From NCBI RefSeq assembly GCF_018350175.1, contig NC_058368.1:178996001-179060000 (forward strand): 64,000 nt of DNA. Reading direction: 5' to 3'. The position numbers and the translations under genes are program-made. Positions within the stretch are counted from its first letter, which is position 1, and each line of letters begins with the position of its first letter. This document shows, one piece after another, positions 40,801-54,084 of the stretch. Below the pieces are notes generated by a model, which was not told where the DNA came from, did no database searches, and saw only the letters and a list, made by a program, of their open reading frames with translations. Origin of the DNA: Felis catus. Taxonomy: Eukaryota.

Positions 40801-41921
40801 ACTTGAAATTCCATGGAGAGAATGTCATTCTTTGACTTAAGGCTAATTCTCTCCTGTTAAAATGCAGCCCTGATTGAAAACTTTAAAACATTAGAATACA
40901 AACCCTTTTGAGTTAAGAGCCATAACGCATCCACTACTATAGGTTGTGCATCATCCCTGAATTCCTTGAGGATAGGGATTAAATCTGGTTATTGTTTTAG
41001 GTTCAACACCTAGCACAAATACCTGGCACACAATAAGGAATCACCACATCAATTTAATTCAATTAATTAATTAGAAAAGCTCACACGAAGTGTCAGGTAA
41101 TTTGTCAAGATGCAAGGAGAGGTTCTTAGATGAGGGGATGGAATCAGAATGGAGATTCTGGAAGCTTCCGGGCATGGACTTCCTCAATTGTACTGATAAC
41201 ACAGCTTGACCTCACACAATGACTAAAGGGTTCTTGGACAGGAGAAAAGAGGAATAAAAAAATATACACAATCTTCCACCCTCCTTCCTACAGTGAAAAT
41301 ACCCATAATCACCCAGCCATCCTCCAGAGAAAGAACATAGACATCAGACAGCTCACTTTGTGATGAGTGGTCTAGTTTCCTCACCAGGACCTCCCCAAAT
41401 CAAAAACCTATTGTCCTCTTTTTTTTTGTAAAATGGAAGCTCTCCCCACAAATCCCTCCCAATTCAGGTAGGCACAAAACTAAGTTCAGAGACAGATCTC
41501 ATGAAACACCCCAGTATCCTATGCCTCAGCCAAAACTCAGAGCCCACTCTCACTGACTGCTTAGGAATTGATAACACCAGAAACTTTAGAAAAATTACCA
41601 TCAATGTGAGGCTTTAAAATCTTCCTGTCCAACCTCTTTTCCTTTGCCGGGAAATTATGGAGAAAGTAGGCCAATTTAAAATGTAAGAGAATTGACCAGC
41701 AAAAAGCAATAAATCTGAGGAATAAATGTGAATCCTCTGATCTACGTGTGCAGTTACACAGACATCAGTGCTGTTTTTTTAGCTCAGACTGGATATAATT
41801 AAAACCCTCTCCAGAATCTCATCTCAGAACAAGCAATAGAGGCTGTGCATCTCTCCATGGTGCTGATAAAACACTGCCTTCCAGAACTAGGGCATTTCTC
41901 CTCTTGAGAAGTATGAAGTCT

Positions 41922-41924
<3 letters not shown>

Positions 41925-41956
<32 letters not shown>

Positions 41957-42000
41957 GCTCTCTCTATATCCTTCTCTCTGTCTCTATATCTCCGTCTCCC
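41925..42000. repeat. (CT)n microsatellite with degenerate extension
   Basis: tctctctctctctctctctctctctctctc followed by CT-rich sequence. Confidence 0.9.
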
Positions 42001-45000
42001 TTGACCACCACAGTGGGTGTCTTTGCTTTAATTTTGATAAATCATTTGCAATTTATTTTATTGTTTCATAATTGTAATGATGATTTCAATATATTTTTAC
42101 ACTCCTATCATGTGTCTGATATTTACTATCATCCCCACCCAACTCTTTTTGGAAAGTTTAGGTTGTATGTTCCCTCTTCTACCACTATCTCTCTGTGGCC
42201 AACCTATTTCCCACAACAAATTTGGAAGGGGGAGAACTAGTTTATTTTCTGATTTATTATAAATTTTCCAATTTGATCTATGGTTTCTGGTGGTTTTTCT
42301 AGATGAAAAGAAGATGCCCACCTTACTTCCCAGTCTCCATAATATACTCAGCACCACCACTTATAACCCATATCTCTGATCCTTCCCTGATCAGCTGCAA
42401 ACAGGAAAGCCTTTCTTCTGAATGTTCAGCTCCTTTATATGCTCAGCCAGTGACAGCCCAGCCTAAGTGGTTAGTATAACCGACTCAGCTTGAAACAGAT
42501 CTATGTGTTTATTCCTAGAAGTACATTAAGAGTTTCTTTCCAATGAGCGTGTGGCATCTAGAAGTAGTATTCTGCTTTCAGTGTTCCTAGGTCTAGAGAT
42601 GAATTTAGAACTTTGGGGCAGTGCCTAAACATTGAGTTGCTGCCCCACCCCAAACTCCTATCCTACAAAAATGAAATAGCCAGGGTAGCACTCATTATCA
42701 CTCAGTATCTCCAGAAACATACTTTGACTATCTATTTTAGTAGTTGATACTATGGCTGCATTTCTAGAATAACCTAGGGACTTTCTAAATATATAAATAT
42801 TTTCATGTCCAGGTTCTACCCCAGACTAACTCTAAATCTCCAGGCATTGCTATTTTTTTTGAAAGCTCTTCATATAATTCTGATATGCAGTGGAACTGAA
42901 TACCGCTGACTTACTAGGTGCCATGCTCTGTCCTGAGTTCTGGGGATTCTGGGACAGAGAAAGCCTAGTACCTGCTTTTAAGAAATAAGTCCATTGGCAG
43001 GGTATTACTAGGGAAGAGCCATACAGTGAGGAAAGGCCATAACAGTGTTATCACAAAGTGCTGAGTAAACTCAGAAAAGACATAAAAAACCTAATCTAGG
43101 GGAATCTGGGATGATGTCCTGAGGGAGGTGCTATTACAACCAGCCAGGTAAAATCTGCACTTGATATGCTCTTTGCTATAATAAGTAGGGCTTTATAATA
43201 AGAGTGCTTTTCTCTAATAAGAGTATAATCTACCAACACATTACTAACCCTTATATATTCCTCCAACCCCTTTCCCTCAGCCTGTGTCAAGTCTCACCCT
43301 GCTCACATACATTCTTACCTGCTCCCTGGAATTCTGATTATGATCTTCCCATAATCACAATGTCTTCATAAAACAGAGTTTACCACATCTTAGCCTTGGA
43401 CTGCAGGCCACTCCTTGAGGAAGTTCAGCCCTTTGAGTCTGGTGAGGTTTTATTTCTTTCAGGCACTAACCCAGCTATCCTAATCATCTGCAGCCAGCTC
43501 ATCCTTCCCACAGTGAGCAATCAGATGGGTTTTTACCTGTGTTTGAGATCCCCTTCTCCCCCTGGTCACCTGCCAATCTCCTACTCAAATTAAAAAAAAA
43601 AAAAAAAACAGTTCAATAATCATCTTCAGGAAGCCTTTTCCCACTCGACCTCTCTCAACCCCTACCTCACCCTAGGTAGGGTTGGTTGTTTTTTTTTGAG
43701 TTCTCACAAAACCTTACTCAATATTTCTTTGAACTAAGGTACCACATCTATCAATTTTGGGTGTCCTAGTGTAGCATCCACTTGACATAGCACCAAGTAC
43801 ATGTATAAATATGTGAAGTGAATGTGTCAATGGATGGATGGATGATTGGACAGATGGATGGAAGGATAAATCTATGGGAAAATGATACTCCTAAATTTAT
43901 TTTGTATCTTATCAATTCAGAGTTTAGTGCAAAATAACAGATGTGCTAAGTTACCTCTTCTCAAAGCAAAGATGCTTTCTTTTTCTTACATGCACTCTTT
44001 CTTTTCTTCTTTCACTGTTTACCCTATAACCAAGATGTGGTTTTATAACTTGTCTTTCAGAGTAAGTTTCAAGTAGATAAATAATTAGTCTTCTGAGGGT
44101 ATTTTGGAAGATTATAACTATTCCTTTCCAACCTTCCCTGAATTGTGTCATTCCTTGCCCCTAGATATGAAAGCATTCCCTCTGCTCCCTAAAGACTGGT
44201 TCTATTCACAGAAGAAAAAATATTCCACTTTTCACAGAGGTTGCTTTCAGACTCTACTTATCATATTTCTAGAACCTCTCCATGAGTTTCTTTGAAGCAT
44301 ATCTGCCCTTTATTACCTACCCACAGCCACAGTGACAGTCAGGCCAGAGGAAGACATAAACAATACCAGTCTTGTCTCCATTTATACATTTCTGATACCT
44401 CACAAAAATGTGTATGATAAATTATAATGTCTAACAAAATCAACTAACTCTTTTATATCCTAAGATTACACCTCTAAATTATGTGGAGTTTTAAAAAATT
44501 CACTATTTATTGCACAAACATTATCAAAAACAAAAATGACATCATATACCCATAAGCCCAGCCCTGAAACATATCTAACTTATTGTTCTATAATGCCTTC
44601 AAGTCTTTTTCATGAAACTCTATGCAGCATGTAGACAATTTGTTTCCTGCTTGTTCCACTTAACATGGCATAAACATTTTTATTATCATACTTTTTGGCC
44701 AAAGGGAAGGCTCTGTTTGTACTTACCCTCTGAGGTGGTAGAGGGGAAAGATTTAGGTATAGACAGATTGAATTCTGGTTCTGCCAATAACTTGCTACGT
44801 AGCCTAAGTCTATTTACTTAAACTCCTGTAAGCCTCAGTTTGTTCATCAGTAACATGGGCACGATAACAGCTAACTCACAGAATTGTGGTAAAAATTGAC
44901 ATCTGTATATACGATGCTTGACAGTGTTTGGCTTAAAACAGGCATTCATGGATGTGTGACTCAGGCGTAACAGTAATATTTTTAAAACATGGATCTATCA

Positions 45001-46842
45001 TGAATTAGAATACAAAGTATGCACAAATAATTAAGATAAAACACAAGGTTGAATTAAAGTAAATTCCACCTTTGGGTTCCACCCCCAGAACACTGAGAGT
45101 TTATATTCACTCGCCTGAAGCTAGAGATACTTAGGTAGGAAAGCTTGAAAATAACTGAAATCTATCAGCACTCTTTCATAGATATATTTGAGCGATCTGC
45201 CTCAGATCACAGACTGTCAGGACTAGAACTGGAAATAGAGCTCACGTGTTCTCAAAAGCTGCTGAAAGGCTTTAATACCAAATATCACCTTTCCTGTTAC
45301 CACCACCTCAACCAATACGGCACAAAAAGGAGACATGATTAATCAATTAATCAAAACTTTTTTTGAGGGATTACACTGTGGCAAAATGAAAGAAGAAACA
45401 TAGACTAGGTATCAACATGGTAGTCACGACTAATAAAATATTAGGAAGCAGTAAACTAATGCTCAGAGAGGCCATGGAACTTCTCCAAGAGCACACACTT
45501 AGCTAGCAGTGAACTTGGGAGGCTGAATCCACATCTGCATGTCCCCATAATCTTTCAACTAGAATTTAACTTAATGAAAATCATCAGATATGTTCTGACT
45601 GCCCAACCTGTGCCAGGTGCTGTGTAGGATATGGCAGTGAACAAGATAGATACAATCCTGGCATCCAATGGGCTTGTTGTCTAGATGAGAAAACAGACCA
45701 CTTAAAGGTGAGCAAAGTGTGGTGAGTGTCAGGTAAGGGAAAGCACTTACAATGTTTGTAAAATATTCAGGCAATGAGGACATGTAAATGTGAGCCTCTA
45801 CTCTTTGTCCCCAAATTCAATTACACTATAGGTTAAACATGCTTACACAGGCTGGCCTGGGAATTTGACCACCATTACTCTTCTGCATCATTTCTGTGGG
45901 AAAATGTGTGCTGAATTCTAAACTGATTCAGGAGCACAACAATGCTCAAAGCTGGGAGCACAACCATACTCAAACTTGGTACCTGCTTTTTATATGATGT
46001 TTTAATGCATCAGCAGCATATTTACCTTTCTCATTCGCTTCTGCTGACTATCAAACATAAAATTAGCATCAGCATGTATTTCTAGAAAGTAGAGCAACTG
46101 GGATGGGAGGATCAATCAAACCACAAAGATTAATTATTGAGTATCTGCTTGGAATTCGGCACTGTGCCCAGAAAGTGCAGAAATATAGAAGAAATATAAG
46201 ACTGGGTCAGCCCTATCCTTAGAGAGCCTGTGAACCAGATATAGGATATCCTATATCTACATAGGAGTAATTCCAGGAAGTAATAGGTTGTGTCAAAATT
46301 TCGAGAGACTGGGGTGGACATATGACTGTGGAATGGTTAGGTGAATCAGAGATCAGGGAAGTTAAGCCCGGCTTCAAAAGACAGCTACAATTTGGATATT
46401 TGGGGAGAATTCATCATGGCAGTGGGAGGAGGTTCATCGTGGAGAAGGCATAAGATAAGATGGGTTCTGAAATAATTAATAGACCATTGAGACTAATGTT
46501 GGGAGTATTGGGGAATTAGGTCTTACAGGTAGTTCTGAATAAAAGAGCATTTTGTCTTAATCACTTTTGTGTTCCCAATGCCTAGAATGGTACCTGGCAA
46601 ATAATGGGTCCTCAGTTAATATTTAGTGAGCTGTGAAATAGAAAGACAATGCATTAGTTGAAAAGAGAAAATAATTTTTAAAAAGTGCTAGTCCTCTTTC
46701 AACATAAACCAGACAAGCATAACATGATAAGAACAAATGTAAAACTGCACATAATTAAGGGCTAAATGTGATAGTAAAAAGCCAAAAGCTGTCAGAATGC
46801 AGCAGGGAAAGTAAGACAGGGCAAAAGAATCTGTGATGATTT

Positions 46843-46890
46843 TTTTTTAGATTATTTATTTATTTTGAGAGAGAGAGAGGGAGGGAGGGA

Positions 46891-46946
<56 letters not shown>

Positions 46947-47072
46947 CTCAACCAGGCTCCACGCTTTCAGCACAGAACATGACATAGGTCTTGATCCCAT
47001 GAACTGTGAGATGATGACCTGAGCCAAAATCAAGAGTCGGTCACTTAACCAACTGAGCCACCCAGATGCCCC
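46843..47072 (-). mobile_element. Can-SINE with expanded (GA)n
   Basis: gaactgtgagatgatgacctgagccaaaatcaagagtcggtcacttaaccaactgagccacccagatgcccc. TSD ctgtgatgattt (46831-46842 / 47077-47088). Confidence 0.93.
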
Positions 47073-48237
47073 TCACCTGTGATGATTTCTTAATGGAAGA
47101 GGCAATTTCGTCAGGTTTATTAGGAAGGGTAAGGTTTGGCTCTCAGAAATCACAATTCAGACGCTCACAGGGTGAGGCAGATAACACAGACACGAGAAAC
47201 CTATCATCTAGAAGCACGACAGGAAGTGATGGCACTGTGGCTTTTACTAAATAAGTTGGTGAGCCAGACAAGATATATGTGTGGACTAGATTCAGGCTGT
47301 GAATCACCAAGTGGACAACTGGACGGCGAAAAGAAGAGAAAGAGTACATTCCAGACGGAGGAAAGGGGTAAAGGACAAAGAAGACAGAGCATGAAGGCCT
47401 GGGGGGAGCCCCAGAGACTAGTCTCACTAGAATGCAGAATGTTGGCTGAAGACAGTAGGAAATGGAGTTGCAGGAGAGAAAAGCTAAGCTGAGTTTGGAT
47501 TCCAGGTAGAAGAAAAGGTAATAGATGGAGAGTCAAAGATAGCTTCAGTATGCTGTGTTGCTTGGAGAAACTGTGCTGAAATTAAACATTTTATTTTCTA
47601 ATCTGAGCTGCTAAATCAATGATCTTTATCTCTAAGACCAATGTTGCCTGAAACTTCCTGAGAATATGTCCATTCTAGAACTCTTCGATTGTTTTCTGAA
47701 AACTTTTCCTGTTCTATTGCCAGCTGCTGCCCCCAGATTGTATATGACAGTTGGGGCACTATAGAGAGCACTGTGGATCAAAAGCATCTTCAAACACAGA
47801 GCAATTCCTTCCTTGCTTAACACATTTCACTTAAGGATTTACATTTACACCAGTTGAACAAATCAAAGTTATGGTTCCCTCAGTAACTGTAACCTGGACC
47901 AAACATTGCTATATTTTTCTGCTGCCAAGCAGGCTTTTAACTCATGCCTCCCAACTGTGAAGGGGAGATTTAATTCAAACATTATGCAAGAAATGCTTTT
48001 TGGAAAGCAAGTGGCTGGCCCAGCGAAGGTTTCACGTAAATGGCTGTTCCTTGCAACATGTGCTTTTATGCAAAGGTTCCCTGCAGACAGAAATCTTCCA
48101 GAGCCCCTCCACAGTCTTTTATGGTGAACAGAGAGGTACCTTCTCCACTCCTGCAAGCTGTCACACTTGATCATTCATGGGTCAGAGCCCAGCTTTGTTA
48201 TATTGAAGGCACTCAGTGTCAATGAAAGGCACTACAT

Positions 48238-48761
48238 GGAGCCAAGACTGGATGACAGAGTAAGGCAACTAGGGCACTTGCCCAGGAGGCAAAATTTAAG
48301 GGGCATCAAAAAACTCAGTAACAGATACAAATCAAGTTTAATGTCATATTTTTAGAAATAAGAATTAGTGCAAAAAATCCATAATGAACAGGAGCGCCCG
48401 GTGGCTCAGTTGGTTAAGTGTCTGACTTTGGCTCAGGTCATGATCTCATGGTTCATGAGTTCAAGCCCTGCGTAGGGCTCTGTGCTGACAACTCAGGGTC
48501 TGGAGCCTGCTTCAGATTCTGTGTGGGTCTCTCTCTCTGCCCCTCCCCCACTTGCACTTTGTCTCTCTCTCTCTCTCTCTCTCTCAAAAATAAACATTAA
48601 AAATTTTTGAAAAATCCATAATGAACAAAATATCAAAATGTATTTTTTTAAATATTGCATTGATATATAATTTTTTCTTGATTACTGAATTTTGGTGCCC
48701 TCTTACACTTTGCCATCATCCCAGGCAAGTACTTCATTTGCCTTACCCTTTTCTGTCCCTG
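48238..48761. mobile_element. hAT MITE (MER96B-like) interrupted by a Can-SINE
   Basis: Ends are imperfect inverted repeats (agtaaggcaactagggcacttgcccagg / cccaggcaagtacttcatttgccttacc). Internal gcaaaatttaaggggcatcaaaaaactcagtaa and gcaaaaaatccataatgaacaaaatatcaaaat. Confidence 0.65.
48391..48609 (+). mobile_element. Can-SINE (feliform type)
   Basis: Head ggagcgcccggtggctcagttggttaagtgtctgactttggctcaggtcatgatctc. Perfect 18-bp TSD aaaaatccataatgaaca (48373-48390 / 48610-48627). Confidence 0.95.
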
Positions 48762-49514
48762 AGGGGTAGTCCAGGTGGGTGAGGGACAGAACAGAGAGAG
48801 CAAATACGGAGAGGCCATTGTGGATTTGGCTGTAGGAAAACTCCTTTAAACTTTGGTCATGGCAGATAAAGGAATATTGAAGAACATCTCAAGAAGTATT
48901 TCTAGTTGGTATTGATGGAACAAAATGTGTTGGATTATTAATTTTATCGGAGAGAATTTTAGTCAACCATCAACAAAAGCTGTCTTCTAATTTTCCAGGT
49001 GGATTCTCTGAGAATAAATGACACAAGGACCATCTGGTAAGTTATGCCAAACTACTCACTTTCCAAGCCTACCAAGCAAAGATCAAGTGACATTCAAGTC
49101 TCACATGTTGGCCGAGGAAACATCGCATGGACAGTGTTGTCAAATAGCCCAAGTGAAATGCTATAGCCTGAAAAGTCCTTGAGCCCAGTACAGGCTTTTA
49201 TGCTCTTCCACATTCCCAGTCCCCAGAGCCTAGTCCTGGGTTAGTGCATGCTAACATTGGTTTAATCAATTGCTCATTCAGTGGGAAGTTACATTTTGCC
49301 TCCAAACAGGCTGGAGCACTTCACAGGGTGGAATCCTCCAGTAAGGCCAATCATCTGTTGGCAGATTTTGCTATTGTCTCTGATAAAGCAGAGAAAAACC
49401 CTTATCTAACAGAATCCCTTCACATTGGACTAGGCATGCTTTGGGGAACTGTTCATCCTCAAAATGCATTCTTTGCAAGTGAGCAATCATTCCTCAAATA
49501 CTTCAAAGATAAGC

Positions 49515-50230
49515 TTTTAAATTTTTCTGAAATATTGTTAGCTTCATGGACAAGTTGCAAAAACGGTACAGAAGTTCCTATGTATCCTTCATACAGCTTC
49601 CCTTAATGTTAAAATCTTAATGTTAACATAACCAGAGCACAATTACCAAACCAGAAAATTCACATTGGTACAACGTCATTAACTAAACTACAGACTTTAT
49701 TCTAATTTTTCCAGCATTCCTTCTAATATCCATTTTTTGGTTCATGATCCATTTCAGGATCCCACATTGAATTCAGCTGTCATGTTTCGTTAAGTCCCCT
49801 CCAATCTGTGACAGTGTTTCATCTTTCATGACCTTAACTTCTAAAGGGTACTAGTCTGTCATTGTTTAGAATACCCTTCAGTTGGGGCTTGTTGAGCATT
49901 TTCTCATTATTAGATTGAGGTTGTGCATTTTTGGCAAGATTCCCCACCAAAGTGATGTTGTCCTTCTCAGTGCGTCTTATCAGAAGGCGAATGATGCTGA
50001 TATGTATCTTTCCTGGTGATGCTCCTTTCATCACCTGGTTAAGGTGGTGGCTGCCAGGTTTCTCCACTGGAAAGGTACTAGCTTTCCTGGTGTCATTAAA
50101 AAGTGGATTCTTTGGGAAAAAGACTTTGAGATTATGCAACGACCTTGTTTCTCATCACACTTTTGCCCATCATCTTTAGTCCCCATTGGTGGTTCTTCCT
50201 TGTAACAAGATTATTGTGGTGTTTGCCTAA
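49515..50230 (-). mobile_element. Ancient L1 3'UTR relic (L1MC-type)
   Basis: aagttgcaaaaacggtacag; aactaaactacagactttattc; caggatcccacattgaattcagctgtcatgt; atcacctggttaaggtggtggctgccaggtttctccactg. Confidence 0.82.
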
Positions 50231-50706
50231 TCAAAAGTGAATTTTAATTATCTATAAACCCTATTTAAGGTCCAAGGACCAAAACCTGCTGAGGTAAAAG
50301 ACAGCACTCTCCTGTCAAATGTACCTTTCCTACAGCTTTGTGGGGTTGGACATCCAGTTTAGGTACAGCAAGACTCTGGCACCCAACTCATCATCCCCAC
50401 CCCTCACCTGTGCAGGAATTGGTGCTCTCTTTCTCACTGGCCTATGTAAACACTCAATACTACTAGAGAAGAAACCATTGCCAATAAATAAGAATCACCG
50501 TGGGAAATGGAACATATTTCTATATCTCTGCTCTAGGTTGAGTGTTTAGTTTGTCTTAAAATTGCTACATCCCTGGCATATCCTCTCTTTGACCGTGAGA
50601 ACTTGTAGACAGTAGAACCAAGTCTGTTAGGGAGAAGAAAAGCATGGCAGCAGCTTCCCTGTGCGTTGGGGTTTTTATTGTTTTTGGCAATTCCATTGGG
50701 TCTCGG

Positions 50707-51146
50707 CAATGGTGTGCTGGTAAAAGTTTATCGACTGGCTCTCCAGGAAGACAAAAACAGAGGCCTGGATATATGGTGTTTGCCAGTTCTGTGGTATGAG
50801 GACTCCTTTCATGATTGATTTCAAGCCACCAACATGACATCACTGAACAGAGTTAGAGAAGAGATGGGCAGCCGCAGAAGAGCGTTAAACAGCATTCCTA
50901 TTGCAGACACAATAGATTCAAATAACCTCACGCACACAAATAAGAATGAAGTGTAGTAAGATAATTAGGAAGGGATGTGTTTTGAATATCTATTTATCAC
51001 ATTTGATTTTAATATGGCTTATTTAATTATAGATACCTATATAAATTTTTAATAATGGCAATTATTTAACAAATAACTCATAAAATTCCTAAAAATTTAA
51101 CACTTGGTTCCCTTGAGCAGTGTGAGCCAGCTCCAGCACACCACCT
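50707..51146. mobile_element. hAT DNA transposon relic (MER63-like) with both terminal inverted repeats
   Basis: TIRs caatggtgtgctgg (50707-50720) and ccagcacaccacct (51133-51146). Internal ttcaagccaccaacatgacatcactgaac. Confidence 0.78.
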
Positions 51147-53865
51147 CATACAGTAGTTATCATGAACGAAATTCAGGAACACCCCAAAGGAGCCCCTGAA
51201 AAGGGAGGATGACACCTTTCTCCAGACCCTCCAGGAACCCATATGAAGTCCAGATGCCCTGCAGGGAGTGGCTTGGCTCCAGCAGCAGCATCTGTGGCCT
51301 TTTGGCAAGCCTCCTGTGGAGGCTGTGAGGGCTTCAAAGCATCTGGCTGCCACCAGGCCTGGTTCAAGATCTACTTTTGGTGCTAATAGGGTGCAGAGTC
51401 CTTCCCAGGCTCAGTACCTATTTCCCATTCATTCTCCCAGGAGGCCACTTGGCCCTTTACTCTTCTTAAAAGAATTATAGGCTTAGAACAATGGGAGGAG
51501 CATAGGAGGGAAGGGGAACAGAGAGGCAAGAAGAAAAGTCACATGTACTGAGTATGGATTATATGCCAGGTACAGTGCATCTGGGGTGGTTTCACAGATG
51601 TTCTTGTTCACTGTAATCCTGGCACATGGGGAAATAGCATCCCTATTTTACAGAGAGAGTATATGACTTCTCAAGATTCCCAAGCTAATAAGATGCAGAT
51701 CAGAATGTATCCCCAGCTCTGCTTATCACTATAGCCTCAGCATATAGAACACTGCACAGGATAACAGTTCTAGAAGTATTTGTGGGATGGATACATGAAT
51801 GTAGCCTGACCCCAACGTCTATGCTCTTACCTCCACAGGGAAATGAAGCTGGAGAAAGTGTTCTTAAATAGTAAAGTGGACATGTGAAAAGGCAAAAGGC
51901 AATGTGATGTGTGAGGGTTTGTTGACTTGAGAATGAGATGAAGGGATTCCTGCCAGGCTCTGCCTTTTGCTAACTCTCTGACCTCATTAGGAGTGCTACT
52001 TACTCTCTCTCTGAGGCTTGGCTTCCCCACCAGTAAAAGGGGGATAATAAAACCTACCTTTCCCATGTGGTTGCCAGAAACAAATAATTATAATACATGA
52101 GAGAGCTCTTTGCAGGCTAAAGTGTGCTAGGAAAGAAAGTGTATAATATGTCACCATCCATGACATCATAATGTTATTCTACTAGCCTAGAAAGGGCAGA
52201 TTTAACACCAAGGAAGCAGAGGAAGAACAAGGGGTAAAAAGAAAATGGCCTTGGACATAGCAGAAGGTAGAGGATTCTCATCTATTTCAGCTTTAATTTG
52301 GAGGCTTAATTAGCTGCTCTCTGTTTGGGATGCACCACAGACAAGAGAATTTTTGCAAGCCTTGTCTCCCTGCCTTTTGTTTGAAATATGAGGGAGCATA
52401 CAGGTTAGAAGAAAACCCTGCTGCTTCTGCATGGCAGTATTGATTCCTAGGAATTAAATGGTAATTCAAAGAGGCAGCAGTGGCCTCCCTTCAACCCTGC
52501 ATCAAGCAGGCTGCCTGGGATTATCAGAGAGCCCAGAACTAGGGTGGCCCTGGGGGGTGCACTTCAGAAAAAGACACCCAAGTACAGACTTGCAGAGTCT
52601 GCTTCTTTCCCACATGGCAGGTCAGAGGCAGGGCTGGACCAAGAACACCCTCTAGCCTAGACTGCTCCCTGCGTCCACCATAGTCCCTTCTCCACCCATC
52701 GGAACCCTAACAGAGCTGCTGATACTATTTCCCTTTTGTGTCTCCCCTTCACAGGAGAGGCATGAGTGTGAGTATTCATGTGTGTGTGTATACGTGTGTT
52801 TAAAAATACGTGTACCCCACATCACATGTGCATATTCAATATATTAAACAAAGCAGTCATAGCAAGTGGGGGAAGTAGGGGAATGGGGAAAAAAAGATGG
52901 AGATAAAAGGTAAGAAACCCCCCCTCCCACACACACACACAAACAAAAACACAAACAAGGGAGGACCTTGCACATATCAATGATGGTAACATGTTATAAA
53001 CTGAGGGTAGGTAATTCAAGCCCTGCACCTGACATCCAAGGAATGCAAAATGAAAAAAGATAATACCTTCCTAGCTCTCAGAGCAGAAGACCTGAGGGGG
53101 GGAATCAAATTCCACTGCTGATTTGGGCAAATAATATTCATTCATGTATTTATTCCTACAGCAGATAGCTTCGTGAGCCAGGCATTATGAGGGGAGGGTT
53201 GCTGTAAGATTTGTCTCTGTCCTCACAACATTCCTGATCCTACAGACACAGAAGTCTGCAGAGGATGACAACACAGAAGCCACGACAAAGTGGGCACAAG
53301 CTGCTCCTAGACCACAAGAGAGGGGTCATGGAAGAGGTTAGTGAAAGAGTTTTAGTGGAACAAGAGGATGGAGAACAAAGGTGGAATTGGTAAGAGGTGA
53401 GGCTGAAAGTGTGAAGCTTTGCTCCCTGAGCTTCTGAGCTCAAAGCCTGGCAGGGGACACACACAGGAAAGTGTAACACCAAGCAATTAGTGCTATAATG
53501 TCAGTCTGAATATGAGGTTAGGAAGACACAGAGAAGGAAGCCCCGAATTCTGTTTAGAGGTTTGCAGAGGGGGAGGGGGAGGGGGGGTGATGAAGACATG
53601 GAACTGAGAAGACTTCAGAAAAGAAATATTATCTGAGCTGAACCTAAAAGGTAATTAGGACTTTACTTGCATAGAAAGAATGGGAATTGAGGACATTCCA
53701 GGCAAGAGAAAATGAATGAGCAAAAGCCCTCCCTACCAGTGTCTAAGCTGATAAATACAAATATCAGAAATCCCACTGACTATGACTGATAGAGTGCCTT
53801 GGTTAACCCCCCGCCCCCACCAAGATTTAGTCAATGGGCTCAAGGAGTTTTAAAAAATAAATAAA

Positions 53866-54084
53866 GGGGCACCTGGGTGGCGCAGTCGGTTAAGCGTCCG
53901 ACTTCAGCCAGGTCACGATCTCGCGGTCCGTGAGTTCGAGCCCCGCGTCAGGCTCTGGGCTGATGGCTCAGAGCCTGGAGCCTGTTTCCGATTCTGTGTC
54001 TCCCTCTCTCTCTGCCCCTCCCCCATTCATGCTCTGTCTCTCTCTGTCCCAAAAATAAATACACGTTGAAAAAAAAATCTTTAA
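53866..54084 (+). mobile_element. Young felid SINE (SINEC_Fc-type), CpG-rich
   Basis: ggggcacctgggtggcgcagtcggttaagcgtccgacttcagccaggtcacgatctcgcggtccgtgagttcgagccccgcgtc: tRNA-derived A/B boxes with many intact CpGs. TSD aaaaaataaataaa. Confidence 0.96.
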
